DNA of 64,000 nt, taken from NCBI GenBank assembly GCA_949285785.1, contig CASEAG010000028.1:165161-229160 (forward strand), read 5' to 3'. This DNA comes from an uncultured Spirochaetales bacterium (GTDB taxonomy: Bacteria > Spirochaetota > Spirochaetia > Sphaerochaetales > Sphaerochaetaceae). Shown piece after piece: positions 47,356 to 56,492 of this stretch (the stretch's first letter is position 1; each line of letters opens with the position of its first letter). A program made the translations under genes and the position numbers. The notes under the pieces were generated by a model. It saw nothing but the letters and a program-made list of their open reading frames with translations. It ran no database searches and was not told the origin of the DNA.

Positions 47356-48678
47356 ATGCACTTCGACTCGTTCGACGATGTCACGCGATGGCTCGACTCG
47401 TTCATCCCACCCTCCTCGTCATCCCCCGGGCTGATCAGAGGGGCGCGGCTGGACAGGATGAGACGTCTTCTCGCAGCTTTGGGCAACCCGGAGGACGGCT
47501 TCAAGGCCATCCATGTCGCAGGAAGCAAGGGCAAGGGCTCCACCTGCCGTTATATATCGGCGATGCTGACCGCAGCGGGGGAGAAGACGGGACTGTACCT
47601 CTCCCCTCACCTCGTCGACTACAGGGAACGCTTCACGCTCGACGGCGTCTTCTTCGACGATGCGACGCTGATCGAGGTGGCGCATGGACTTGCCGATGTC
47701 GTGGACGGCTTCCGGCTTGATCCTTCATCCGGATACGACCGTCCCACCACGTTCGAGCTCTACACGGCCTATGCATACATGCTTTTCAGGCACGCCGGCT
47801 GCACCTGGGCCGTGGTGGAGACAGGACTCGGCGGAAGACTCGACGCGACGAACACGCTCGAAGAGGTGTGCTCCGTGATCACGCCCATAGAGCTGGAGCA
47901 CACGGCCGTCCTGGGCGACAGCATCGAGAAGATCGCCACCGAGAAGAGCCGGATCATCAAGAAGGACTCGATTGTCGTCACCGGCCTGCTGAGGCCACAG
48001 GCATTCTCGGTGGTCAGGGCGGAGGCGGAACGTCAGGGATCCAGGCTCGTCTCGCTTTCCCACGAGCTTGCAGGTCTCGAGACCAGCACCACGCTGGATG
48101 GGGAGGTCTGCTCCATCATGTTCCGTGACGGGGAGTCCCATCATCTGAAGCTCAGGATGCCTGGAGAGGTGCAGGCGCAGAACGCCGCCCTCGCCCTGCT
48201 GGTCGCAAAGACGCTGGGCTTCTACAGGAAGGGGATCGGCGAGAGGGCCCTAGAGAACGCAACGCTTCCCGGGCGTTTCGAGGTCCATTACGTCGACGGC
48301 GTGCCTGTCGTCATAGACGTCTGCCACACGAGAGTCTCGATGATGCATACCGTCTCCTCCTTCAAGACGCTGTTTCCCGATACGGCACACGATGCCTGCA
48401 TATTCGCCGCAATCGAGGGGAAGGACATAACGCACATGTTGCAGACTGTGCTCTCGTCCTTCTCCAAGGTCATAATAAGCCGCCCCTCCAGTGTGAAGAG
48501 AAGCGACAGCGAGGCCATCTGGAGGGAGGCGATGCAGATGAAGGGGGATGATGTGACGGTCCTGCACATACCGGATGCGCATCATGCGCTCAAGACGGCC
48601 CTGGAGGGTTCTTCAGCCGTGCTCGTAGCCGGGTCGTTCTACCTGGCGACGCTTTTCGAGGAGATCGTGGCATGCTGA
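47356..48678 (+). CDS. folC: Folylpolyglutamate/dihydrofolate synthase
   Basis: Motifs HVAGSKGKGST, SPHLVDYRER, TTFE, ETGLGGRLDATN, PGRFE and DVCHT. Confidence 0.9.
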   Translation: MHFDSFDDVTRWLDSFIPPSSSSPGLIRGARLDRMRRLLAALGNPEDGFKAIHVAGSKGKGSTCRYISAMLTAAGEKTGLYLSPHLVDYRERFTLDGVFFDDATLIEVAHGLADVVDGFRLDPSSGYDRPTTFELYTAYAYMLFRHAGCTWAVVETGLGGRLDATNTLEEVCSVITPIELEHTAVLGDSIEKIATEKSRIIKKDSIVVTGLLRPQAFSVVRAEAERQGSRLVSLSHELAGLETSTTLDGEVCSIMFRDGESHHLKLRMPGEVQAQNAALALLVAKTLGFYRKGIGERALENATLPGRFEVHYVDGVPVVIDVCHTRVSMMHTVSSFKTLFPDTAHDACIFAAIEGKDITHMLQTVLSSFSKVIISRPSSVKRSDSEAIWREAMQMKGDDVTVLHIPDAHHALKTALEGSSAVLVAGSFYLATLFEEIVAC

Positions 48679-50081
48679 ACAGCAACGAGATCAGGCTTCT
48701 TCTGTCCGAACTGGATCTGGAAGGCTCTTTCATACAGAAGGTCACGGAGCACGACTATCACAGCTTCACGCTTTCGATGTTCTCCAGGAGGGAGAAGGCG
48801 TTCCTCCTTTATTTCGAGACGGGGACGCGCAACCAGCACTTCTGCCGCACGGGCATCATGAGGAAGAAGAGCGCCAAGGCGCAGCGCTTCACGCAGTACC
48901 TCAGGGCGAACATCGTCGGCAGCCGGGTCATGGCTGTCGAGCAGGTCGAGGGCGAGCGCACATTCACGTTCACACTGTTCCACACCGGCGTGACGAGGAA
49001 GCTGGTGTTCAGGTTCTTCTCCGGCCCCGGTGCCAACATCATCGTCACCGACGAGGACGATGTGATCCTCGAGCTGCAGATGAGACGTCCGCAGCGCGGC
49101 GAGGAGAAGGGGCATGTCCTCGAGAAGGAGGCGGGAAAGAGCTGGGACGAAGAGCGCTTTCCCGTCCGCCGGTGGGAAGGGGACAGCTTCAACGAGTACA
49201 TCGACCGGTTCTACAGCGGTCTGGTACGCCAGGAACGCTGCGAGGATGCGAGATCGACCCTCGTCGCCCAGCGTGACAGGGAGCTTGCCGGCTTGAGGAA
49301 CAGGATAAGGGACGTGGCGCTCAGGGAGGAGCGCAGCCGGGACTACGAGTCGTTCAGGACAAGTGCCGACCTGCTCTCCTGCAACGCCCACCTGCTTGTG
49401 CGCGGACAGTCCAGCATCGATCTGACGGACTACGAGGGCCGTCCTGTCACCATCTCGCTGGATGCATCGCTCTCGCCGAGCGAGAACATCAACGCTTTCT
49501 ATCAGCGCTACAGGAGACAGGAGCGCATACACGCCAATGCCATGGAGGAGCTCGAGGAGCTCAGGGCGGAACTCGAGGAGAGGACGCGACGATACGAGGA
49601 GCTGCTTGGCGACGATGCGACGGAGCTCCAGACACTTGAAAAGGCCATAAGGAAGCAGAACGCCCCACTCCAGCACCAGGCGCTCGAGGCGGGTCTCAGG
49701 TTCTTCAGCCACGGCTTCGAGATCCTCGTCGGCAGGAACGCCAGGGAGAACGACATCCTTCTCAGACGCAATGCGCACAGCAACGACACATGGCTGCATG
49801 TACGTGACTTTGCAGGTGGATATGTGATAATAAGAGCGAAGAAGGACAAGAGCATCCCGCTCGACGTGCTTCTCGATGCGGCCTGTCTGGCGATCCACTA
49901 TTCCAAGGCGAAGAGCCAGGGCAGAGCGGACATCTACTACACGCAGGTCAAGTACCTGCGCAGGATCAAGGACGGGAAGACAGGACTCGTCACTCCGACA
50001 AGGGAGAAGAACCTGTTCGTCACGCTCGACGAACAGCGGATAAGAAGGCTGACCAGCGGGAACGAGGAGGAAAGACGTTGA
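48672..50081 (+). CDS. rqcH: NFACT/RqcH (Rqc2, FbpA-like) ribosome quality-control protein
   Basis: NFACT-N region, coiled coil, VGRNAREND, WLHVRDFAGGYVII, A..AIHYSKAK and YTQVKYL. Confidence 0.85.
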   Translation: MLNSNEIRLLLSELDLEGSFIQKVTEHDYHSFTLSMFSRREKAFLLYFETGTRNQHFCRTGIMRKKSAKAQRFTQYLRANIVGSRVMAVEQVEGERTFTFTLFHTGVTRKLVFRFFSGPGANIIVTDEDDVILELQMRRPQRGEEKGHVLEKEAGKSWDEERFPVRRWEGDSFNEYIDRFYSGLVRQERCEDARSTLVAQRDRELAGLRNRIRDVALREERSRDYESFRTSADLLSCNAHLLVRGQSSIDLTDYEGRPVTISLDASLSPSENINAFYQRYRRQERIHANAMEELEELRAELEERTRRYEELLGDDATELQTLEKAIRKQNAPLQHQALEAGLRFFSHGFEILVGRNARENDILLRRNAHSNDTWLHVRDFAGGYVIIRAKKDKSIPLDVLLDAACLAIHYSKAKSQGRADIYYTQVKYLRRIKDGKTGLVTPTREKNLFVTLDEQRIRRLTSGNEEERR

Positions 50082-50848
50082 AGACACTCTACTTCATGGA
50101 CATGTACTACCCGTCCGACACTCAGGAGCTGCGGCAGTACTGCAGCGTGACGCCGAGGGACTGCCATACGCCCTCTCTGATTCTTCTGCCGCATTCCAGT
50201 CTGGAGTTCATCCACGGGATGTATCAGGATGCATTCAGCCAGATCCACAACCCCAGGAGAATCGTGGTCATGGCTCCTGTCCACGGACAGAAGTTCGAGG
50301 ACGATGCCTCATCAAGTCTCTTCACCTTCTCCAGCGGCGATGTCATGACCCCGCTAGGCCCCGTGAGGATACAGGCGGTCGACGGGGTGAAGGTCAACGA
50401 CAGCTATGCCGAGGAGGAGTACGCGGTGGAGCTCTTCTACCCGTATGTGGCCCAGAGCAGTCCGGATAGCGTGGTGCTGCCTATCCTCACCGCCCTCGAG
50501 AGCAAGGAGGACATACAGGCCCTCTCCCGTCTGATCGTCAGGCTGAAGAAGGAGGAGAACGACACCGTCTTCATCATCTCCGGCAACTTCACACAGATCG
50601 GCAGGAGCGAGGAGATCAACCAGATGGCGCGCACGCTCAACGAACTGCTGGAGAACAACGCGCCTCTGCTCGATGCCGCCGCAAGGAAGAAGATCTCGGG
50701 CTGCGCATACAGGATGATGGAGGCTTCGCGCACCGCCATACAGGGGCATTTCAGGATAATCCAGGCGCGTTGTGGGAACTACGTCGGCGAAAACCTGACC
50801 AGCGAGGCCGACGGACGCATCTGGCAGGTATATGGCACGAAGGGTTGA
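50078..50848 (+). CDS. MEMO1/AmmeMemoRadiSam protein B-like, divergent
   Basis: Motifs FYPSD-like start, LLPH, APVH, TPLGPV and VFIISG, with metal ligands degenerate. Confidence 0.6.
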   Translation: MKTLYFMDMYYPSDTQELRQYCSVTPRDCHTPSLILLPHSSLEFIHGMYQDAFSQIHNPRRIVVMAPVHGQKFEDDASSSLFTFSSGDVMTPLGPVRIQAVDGVKVNDSYAEEEYAVELFYPYVAQSSPDSVVLPILTALESKEDIQALSRLIVRLKKEENDTVFIISGNFTQIGRSEEINQMARTLNELLENNAPLLDAAARKKISGCAYRMMEASRTAIQGHFRIIQARCGNYVGENLTSEADGRIWQVYGTKG

Positions 50849-52355
50849 CGGAATGCAGATAACGGAACACGAGATAGAAGGCGTATTGAAGACCTGCATC
50901 CTGCTTGGAGACGAGTCGATGCAGCCTCCCAAGCACATGATGCAGGGAGAGAAGCAGAAAGGCATACTCCACATCGACGGAGAGGACAGGAGCTGGAACT
51001 GGGACGGGCTATGCACCATTGAAGGAAAACGGTACGTCTATTTCGACCACATGGACATCGACCCGTTCGACACCATCGCGTCAAAGCACCGCGACAAGGC
51101 GCTGGAGCTCGTCACGACCCTCGCGGGGATCCTCTCGCACCAGAAAGAAGATTTCGTCAGTCCGCTGGTCGGACTCTTCACCACATGGAGGGTGTTCATA
51201 GTCGAAGGCGGGCGGGGAATCCTGATCCTGCCGGCCGACCTGGGCGATCTGATCTCGATATACATGGGCAACGACGAGAGACAGAGCGGTCACGGCTGCT
51301 ATGTCAAGCGCGGCACCGAGGAAGGCTTCGCCATGATCCGCCAATGGGCCCAGTTCCTCTACTACGCCCTGACCGGCATCAGGCCGTACGAGGACGAGGT
51401 CATAAGGGATGCAGGCTACAACGAGATCCCCCTGGAGGTGTACAGGAAGGAGCTCTTTCCAGACATCGACGACAAGACACTGGGCTTCATAGGCTTCATC
51501 CTCCACGCGAAGGAGCGGGAACAGCGCGACATCATGGGCAACCGTAAAGGCTACGAGAACCTCGAGTGGTTCGCCTCCAAGGCGTCCTCCCTGTCCTGGG
51601 ACGTGCCGAAGGCGGACGATGGCGAGCTGAAGGAGAAGGCACGCATCATCGCATCAACGGGAGAAGTCCAGAAGCTGATGGAAGGCATCAGACGCTCTGC
51701 GGGCAGACGCAACTTCTGGCGCGCGAAGGGCACGCTGATAATAATCGTCTCGATAATAGCCGTCCTGCTGGGTTCGGTCGCCTTCACGATAATATCCGGA
51801 GCGCTTGAGCCGCCCCAGACCAGGGACCTGGGACAGGAGGAGATCATCCACGCATTCTACGATGCGCAGAACGACCTGGACGTCGACCTGATGCAGACTG
51901 CGACAAAAGGCTGCAGCGCACCGCAGGAGGTCGAGGTGATCAGCCTGTACGTCACGACGCAGACCCGCTCCGCATACGAGGGGATCAGACCGCTGGTGGG
52001 CGTCGACGACTGGATCGAGGCGGGCAGACCTGCCATCAGCAGCACCTGCTACATATACGGCGTCACCGACATCAGGGCAATCGAAACCGGGGAGAACACC
52101 TGGCATGTGGATGCGACCTACTACTCGCCCTACCCGTACGAGGAGTCGGAGGAGATCCTCGATGTCCCCCAGGACAAGGTGCTGGTGTACGTCTACGACA
52201 TGGACCAGGACTTCACATTCTCCTGGAACGACAGGGGATGGTGGAACATCACGCAGATCGGACCGGTGTCGGTCGACCTGGTCGAGACACTGTATGTGGA
52301 TTCCTACGATCCTTCTTCACTGCTGGAGGACCAGGTCGCTGAAGAACAGGTCTGA
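50832..52355 (+). CDS. Hypothetical membrane protein (single central TM segment)
   Basis: 507 aa with a hydrophobic segment LIIIVSIIAVLLGSVAFTII. Coupled to the upstream gene. Confidence 0.6.
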   Translation: MARRVDGMQITEHEIEGVLKTCILLGDESMQPPKHMMQGEKQKGILHIDGEDRSWNWDGLCTIEGKRYVYFDHMDIDPFDTIASKHRDKALELVTTLAGILSHQKEDFVSPLVGLFTTWRVFIVEGGRGILILPADLGDLISIYMGNDERQSGHGCYVKRGTEEGFAMIRQWAQFLYYALTGIRPYEDEVIRDAGYNEIPLEVYRKELFPDIDDKTLGFIGFILHAKEREQRDIMGNRKGYENLEWFASKASSLSWDVPKADDGELKEKARIIASTGEVQKLMEGIRRSAGRRNFWRAKGTLIIIVSIIAVLLGSVAFTIISGALEPPQTRDLGQEEIIHAFYDAQNDLDVDLMQTATKGCSAPQEVEVISLYVTTQTRSAYEGIRPLVGVDDWIEAGRPAISSTCYIYGVTDIRAIETGENTWHVDATYYSPYPYEESEEILDVPQDKVLVYVYDMDQDFTFSWNDRGWWNITQIGPVSVDLVETLYVDSYDPSSLLEDQVAEEQV

Positions 52356-53753
52356 GGCGAACTGTCTCCGCCTCGACGCCGTGACGTATGCCCATTCATC
52401 TCCGTTGACGGCATAGTAGCGCTTCTTCTCCTGGTACATCAGCCTGTCGGCCTCGTCGAACTGGGTGCGGAAGTCGCCGTCCTTCTGTCTGAACGACACG
52501 CCGACGGAGGCATGTATCCCGTCCTTGAGCATCTCTCCTGTCACTTCGTCGACAGCGTTGCGGAACGACACCTCGTCCCTGTCGCCGTCCACCACGACGA
52601 ACTCGTCTCCTCCGATCCTGTACGTCATGCCCTCGAAACGGGAGTTCAGATGCTGGGCGGTGCGCACGATCAGCCGGTCACCGGCGGCGTGCCCCATCAT
52701 GTCGTTCACGCCCTTCAGCCCGTTGATGTCGAAATAGGCGATGCCGAGCGGCCTAGCACTGTCATGCCGCTCCCCAAGCATCCGTGTGAAGCCGTTGCGG
52801 TTGTGCACTCCGGTCAGCAGGTCGACATAGCCCATCTGCTCGAGGGCCTTCTCCATCTCGACGCGGCTGGTGATGTCAAAGCCTATGCGCTGGATGATGT
52901 CACCTTCCGCACCTGTGCTGACCAGCAGGTTCGTCGTGCTCAGGACGACGGGCTTGCCGGATGCGCTATGGATCGTGTAGTCGACATGGGAGATGTCCCC
53001 GGGCTTCTTCAGCCGCCCGAGGGCGGTGCGCACCTTCTGTACGTCCTCCTCGTCGACGTTACGGCTATGACCGTGACTCCAGTCGAGCATCGTGATGCCC
53101 TTCTCATCCGTGCCGATGAAGTCGCAGATGGCCTTGTTGCTTGTGAGCAGATGATAGCCATCGGCATTCCTGAGAAGGCGTATGATGGCGCAGGGCACCG
53201 TGTTGTATATGCTCTCCAGCTCCTCGGTCTGCTTCGCTATGAGGCGCCGTGCCTCGTCCATCTGCTCCTGCATGTACTCGTAGGTGTGTCGGGCGACCCT
53301 GGTCGGGAAGCCGACATCGTCAGGCGCCATCTCCACATACGGATTGGATATGTGTATATGTGAGCAGCGTGGCTGTCCGTCGACGAAGCGCACTGCCGTG
53401 GTTATCCTCTGATGCACGCGCACGAAGACGTTGGTGGACGGATCGGTCTGTATCCACAGCATGCCGCTGACTATGTACACGTCGTCCGTGAGTCTGATCG
53501 CATCCAGCCTCTCGTCGGATATCACGCATCGTGGCACCTGGCCTGCAAACCGCTCGAAAATGGCCTTCACATGGTCATGCCCGATTCCATACTCGGTCTC
53601 ACCGGTACCGATCCATGAGAACGGGTCGTCGAAATGGCATGTGACTCCGTCGATGTCGTTCTCACAGTAATGCCTATGAAGAAGCACACTGGTGAGCTCG
53701 ACCGCCTGCCGGGCACGTTCGTCCTTGTCTCTGCTGTCGCAATCCCCTTTCAT
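52317..53753 (-). CDS. Diguanylate cyclase (SnoaL/NTF2-like + PAS + GGDEF)
   Basis: Motifs DLLTGVHNR, DINGLKGVND.MGHAAGD and YRIGGDEF. N-terminal WIGTG...HQRIT...HIHISNP. Confidence 0.85.
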   Translation of the reverse strand: MKGDCDSRDKDERARQAVELTSVLLHRHYCENDIDGVTCHFDDPFSWIGTGETEYGIGHDHVKAIFERFAGQVPRCVISDERLDAIRLTDDVYIVSGMLWIQTDPSTNVFVRVHQRITTAVRFVDGQPRCSHIHISNPYVEMAPDDVGFPTRVARHTYEYMQEQMDEARRLIAKQTEELESIYNTVPCAIIRLLRNADGYHLLTSNKAICDFIGTDEKGITMLDWSHGHSRNVDEEDVQKVRTALGRLKKPGDISHVDYTIHSASGKPVVLSTTNLLVSTGAEGDIIQRIGFDITSRVEMEKALEQMGYVDLLTGVHNRNGFTRMLGERHDSARPLGIAYFDINGLKGVNDMMGHAAGDRLIVRTAQHLNSRFEGMTYRIGGDEFVVVDGDRDEVSFRNAVDEVTGEMLKDGIHASVGVSFRQKDGDFRTQFDEADRLMYQEKKRYYAVNGDEWAYVTASRRRQFASDLFFSDLVLQQ

Positions 53754-53873
53754 ACCACTACCCTCAAAACACTATCCAATCAAATCCCGGCTGATTCAAT
53801 TCTAAGGGCAGAAAACCGATCTGGGCAAAAAAAGAAGCGCGATTCGCGACTCCTCATGCCTGTTTCATCGTCG

Positions 53874-54845
53874 TCAAGGATTCAAATGCCGTGGAGCATC
53901 CGGGAACGAGGTAAGGTACTCATCGAGAATTGCACATACGTGTGCGGTATCATCAGGGTCAATTTCGAGCGCGTCCGTGAACGAACGGAAGAACGTCATC
54001 TGCCGCTTTGCATAGGCCTTCGTGTTGCGCTCTATCTCGCAGGCGATGGAGGAAGGCGTGGCACACCCGTCGTCGAAGGCGCGGAAGAACTCGGCATAGC
54101 CGATGCCTCCGATCCCCGGCCATTCGAGACTGGCATTCATGCGCCTCAGAATGCGGATCTCGTCCTCAAGTCCTTCATCGAACATCTGCACGACACGCCG
54201 ATGGATGCGCTCATGCAGCAGCGCCTTGTCCCTCACGATCTCGAGTATCAGGGGGCGCATACCGTACCGGGGCTTGTCAGGGAGTGCGAATGATGACAGT
54301 GGCCGGCCGCTCTGGTAGTAGACCTCCAGGGCACGGGTGATCCTGTATGTGTCATTGATATTGATTCTGGCGCCGCTCACGGGGTCCACATCGCACAGTC
54401 TTCTGTGCATGGCCTTTGCTCCGTCCCGCTCGAGTTCCAGGGCCACCTTCCGGCGGATGTCCGGATCTGCGACAGGAGCCTGCGAAAGACCGTAGAGGAA
54501 ATGGCGGAAATAATAGGCGGTTCCGCCTGTGACAAGAGGTATGTCGCCATCTTGCCATATGCGTTCGACGGCCTCGTCGGCCTTCTCGATGAACTGTCCT
54601 ACGGTGAACTGCTGCCAGGGGTCGAGGATATCCACCAGGTGATGGGGAATCCTCTCCATCAGGTCATGAGACGGCTTTGCGGACCCGACATCCAGATGTC
54701 TGTACACCTGGACGGAGTCCGCATTCACTATCTGATAACCCTTGTTGAAAAGCCTCTCCACAAGAGCGGTCTTGCCGCTTGCGGTCGGGCCGAAGAGGAA
54801 GACTATAGGCTTATTTCTTCTCGTCGGTCGTGTACTTGATCTCAT
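53874..54845 (-). CDS. miaA: tRNA dimethylallyltransferase
   Basis: Motifs GPTASGKT, NADSVQVYR, GGTAYY, RITRALEV and AKRQMTFF. Confidence 0.95.
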   Translation of the reverse strand: MRSSTRPTRRNKPIVFLFGPTASGKTALVERLFNKGYQIVNADSVQVYRHLDVGSAKPSHDLMERIPHHLVDILDPWQQFTVGQFIEKADEAVERIWQDGDIPLVTGGTAYYFRHFLYGLSQAPVADPDIRRKVALELERDGAKAMHRRLCDVDPVSGARININDTYRITRALEVYYQSGRPLSSFALPDKPRYGMRPLILEIVRDKALLHERIHRRVVQMFDEGLEDEIRILRRMNASLEWPGIGGIGYAEFFRAFDDGCATPSSIACEIERNTKAYAKRQMTFFRSFTDALEIDPDDTAHVCAILDEYLTSFPDAPRHLNP

Positions 54846-55011
54846 CGTTCAAGACCTGGTCCAAAACGTGGGTTACGACCTTCTCGCCATTCTTCTCGAT
54901 CTCGTCCTTGAGATTCGTGGCCTGGATGACATTGGCCTCCTTGATGGCGACGCAGGTCATCTCGTAGATATTGCCTTCCTTGTCAATAAGTTTGTCTAGT
55001 AGGACGCTCAC
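54811..55011 (-). CDS. rpoZ: RNA polymerase omega subunit (short spirochaete type)
   Basis: GNIYEMTCVAIKEA...KVVTHVLDQVL, 66 aa, in a cmk-rpoZ-miaA context. Confidence 0.65.
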   Translation of the reverse strand: MSVLLDKLIDKEGNIYEMTCVAIKEANVIQATNLKDEIEKNGEKVVTHVLDQVLNDEIKYTTDEKK

Positions 55012-55086
55012 TTGCTAATCTCCTGAATGTATTGTGACTATGGAATAATAGAGAATCGGGGGAAATTGGTAAATAGGCCGAACACC

Positions 55087-55608
55087 TCAGATCCTGCGTC
55101 TGTCCACCTCGGCGACGATCATGTCGACGATCTGCTCCGGCGTCCTCTCGTCGGTATCGATGACGATGTCGGCGATGGATGTGTCGCCGTTGTCTATTCC
55201 ATAGATCCTCATATAGCGCGCACTGTCGTTCGCATCGCGGCGCCCGGTCTGCTCAAGCCTCTCCTCGAGCGTGCCGCCCTCCCTGTTGAATATGCGCTTC
55301 GCCCTGGTGAGCACAGATGCCGTCAGATACACCTTGAGATCGGCCTCCTTGAGCATCCAGATCGCTAGGCGGCTGCCGAGGACGCAGTCCTTCTCCGCCA
55401 TCGCCATCTCGACCTGTCTGCGGTCAAGCTCCCTGTCGATGTCGTCGTCGCCTTCGGCCATCGAGCAGAAGGTCCAGAAGTCGACCCCACGCTCCTTTGC
55501 CATCTGGCGGAAGGTGAAATTGATCATCGGATAGCCGAGCCTCTGGGCCAGCAGAGTGCTCACCGTGGTGTTGCCGCATCCCGATTTCGAACTGATCGCT
55601 ATTCTCAT
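55087..55608 (-). CDS. cmk: Cytidylate kinase, archaeal-type family
   Basis: Motifs IAISSKSGCGNTT, NFTFRQMA, DRELDRRQ, GSRLAIW and YGID. Confidence 0.8.
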   Translation of the reverse strand: MRIAISSKSGCGNTTVSTLLAQRLGYPMINFTFRQMAKERGVDFWTFCSMAEGDDDIDRELDRRQVEMAMAEKDCVLGSRLAIWMLKEADLKVYLTASVLTRAKRIFNREGGTLEERLEQTGRRDANDSARYMRIYGIDNGDTSIADIVIDTDERTPEQIVDMIVAEVDRRRI

Positions 55609-56474
55609 TCTATGTTCCTTATCTGTTCACGTATGTTCTCCAGATCGTCCTTCATCTGCACGGTGTAAAGCGTGATGTCGACGTTCTGGCTCTTGCTGGC
55701 AGTGGTGTTGACCTCCCTGTTCATCTCCTGGCACAGGAAGTCGAGCCTCTTTCCCACAGGTTCCGGAGAGGCAAGCAGGTTGAAGTACTGTTTCACATGG
55801 GTCCTCAGCCTGTTCTGCTCCTCGTTTATCGAGTACTTGACCAAGAGTGCCGCCACCTCCTGCATCAGTCTGGTCTCGTCGTAGCGTCCTCCAAGATCGA
55901 GCTCCCTGTACTTATCCAGCAGCAGGTCCCTGAACCAGTGCTCGTAGGCCCCGGTCAGCTGTCCTATCCTGTCGTTTGCCTCGGCGAAGGAGCGCCCAAG
56001 CCTCTCGAGATCGCGGCGTGTCTCCTCACCTTCCCTCTCTCTGGAAGCACAGAAGTCCTCAAGCGCCCTGGACAGGGCGTCCTCCAGCCCTGCCCTGTAC
56101 TCCTCGCACTCGCGTGCGGTGGATGTCGTGAACAAACCCTCGATCCCCAGCAGAGAGGAGGCGTCGACGCCGAGAGAGACGCCCTTGCGCCTCTCGATGT
56201 CTCCAAAGGCTTCGAGATACTGGTCCAGGAGCGCCTGGTCCACATGCACGACGCTGCGGCTCTCGAAGACCTTCAGCCGGACGCCCACCTCGACCTTTCC
56301 ACGTCTTGCGACCTCTTTGACTCGGCCCGTCACATACGACTCGAAGGGACCGAGGACGGGATTGAGGTTCACATAGATGTCGAGATAGCGGTTGTTGTAG
56401 CTCTTGACCTCGACTTCAAGCTGGTATTCTTCTTCGACATGGCTCGCATGGCCATATCCTGTCATGCTCTTCAT
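55605..56474 (-). CDS. yicC: YicC/YloC family endoribonuclease
   Basis: Motifs SMTGYG, KSYNNRYLD, RRGKVE and GKRLDFLCQEMNREVNTTASK. Confidence 0.95.
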   Translation of the reverse strand: MKSMTGYGHASHVEEEYQLEVEVKSYNNRYLDIYVNLNPVLGPFESYVTGRVKEVARRGKVEVGVRLKVFESRSVVHVDQALLDQYLEAFGDIERRKGVSLGVDASSLLGIEGLFTTSTARECEEYRAGLEDALSRALEDFCASREREGEETRRDLERLGRSFAEANDRIGQLTGAYEHWFRDLLLDKYRELDLGGRYDETRLMQEVAALLVKYSINEEQNRLRTHVKQYFNLLASPEPVGKRLDFLCQEMNREVNTTASKSQNVDITLYTVQMKDDLENIREQIRNIE

Positions 56475-56492
56475 CTTCACAACTCCTGTCCG

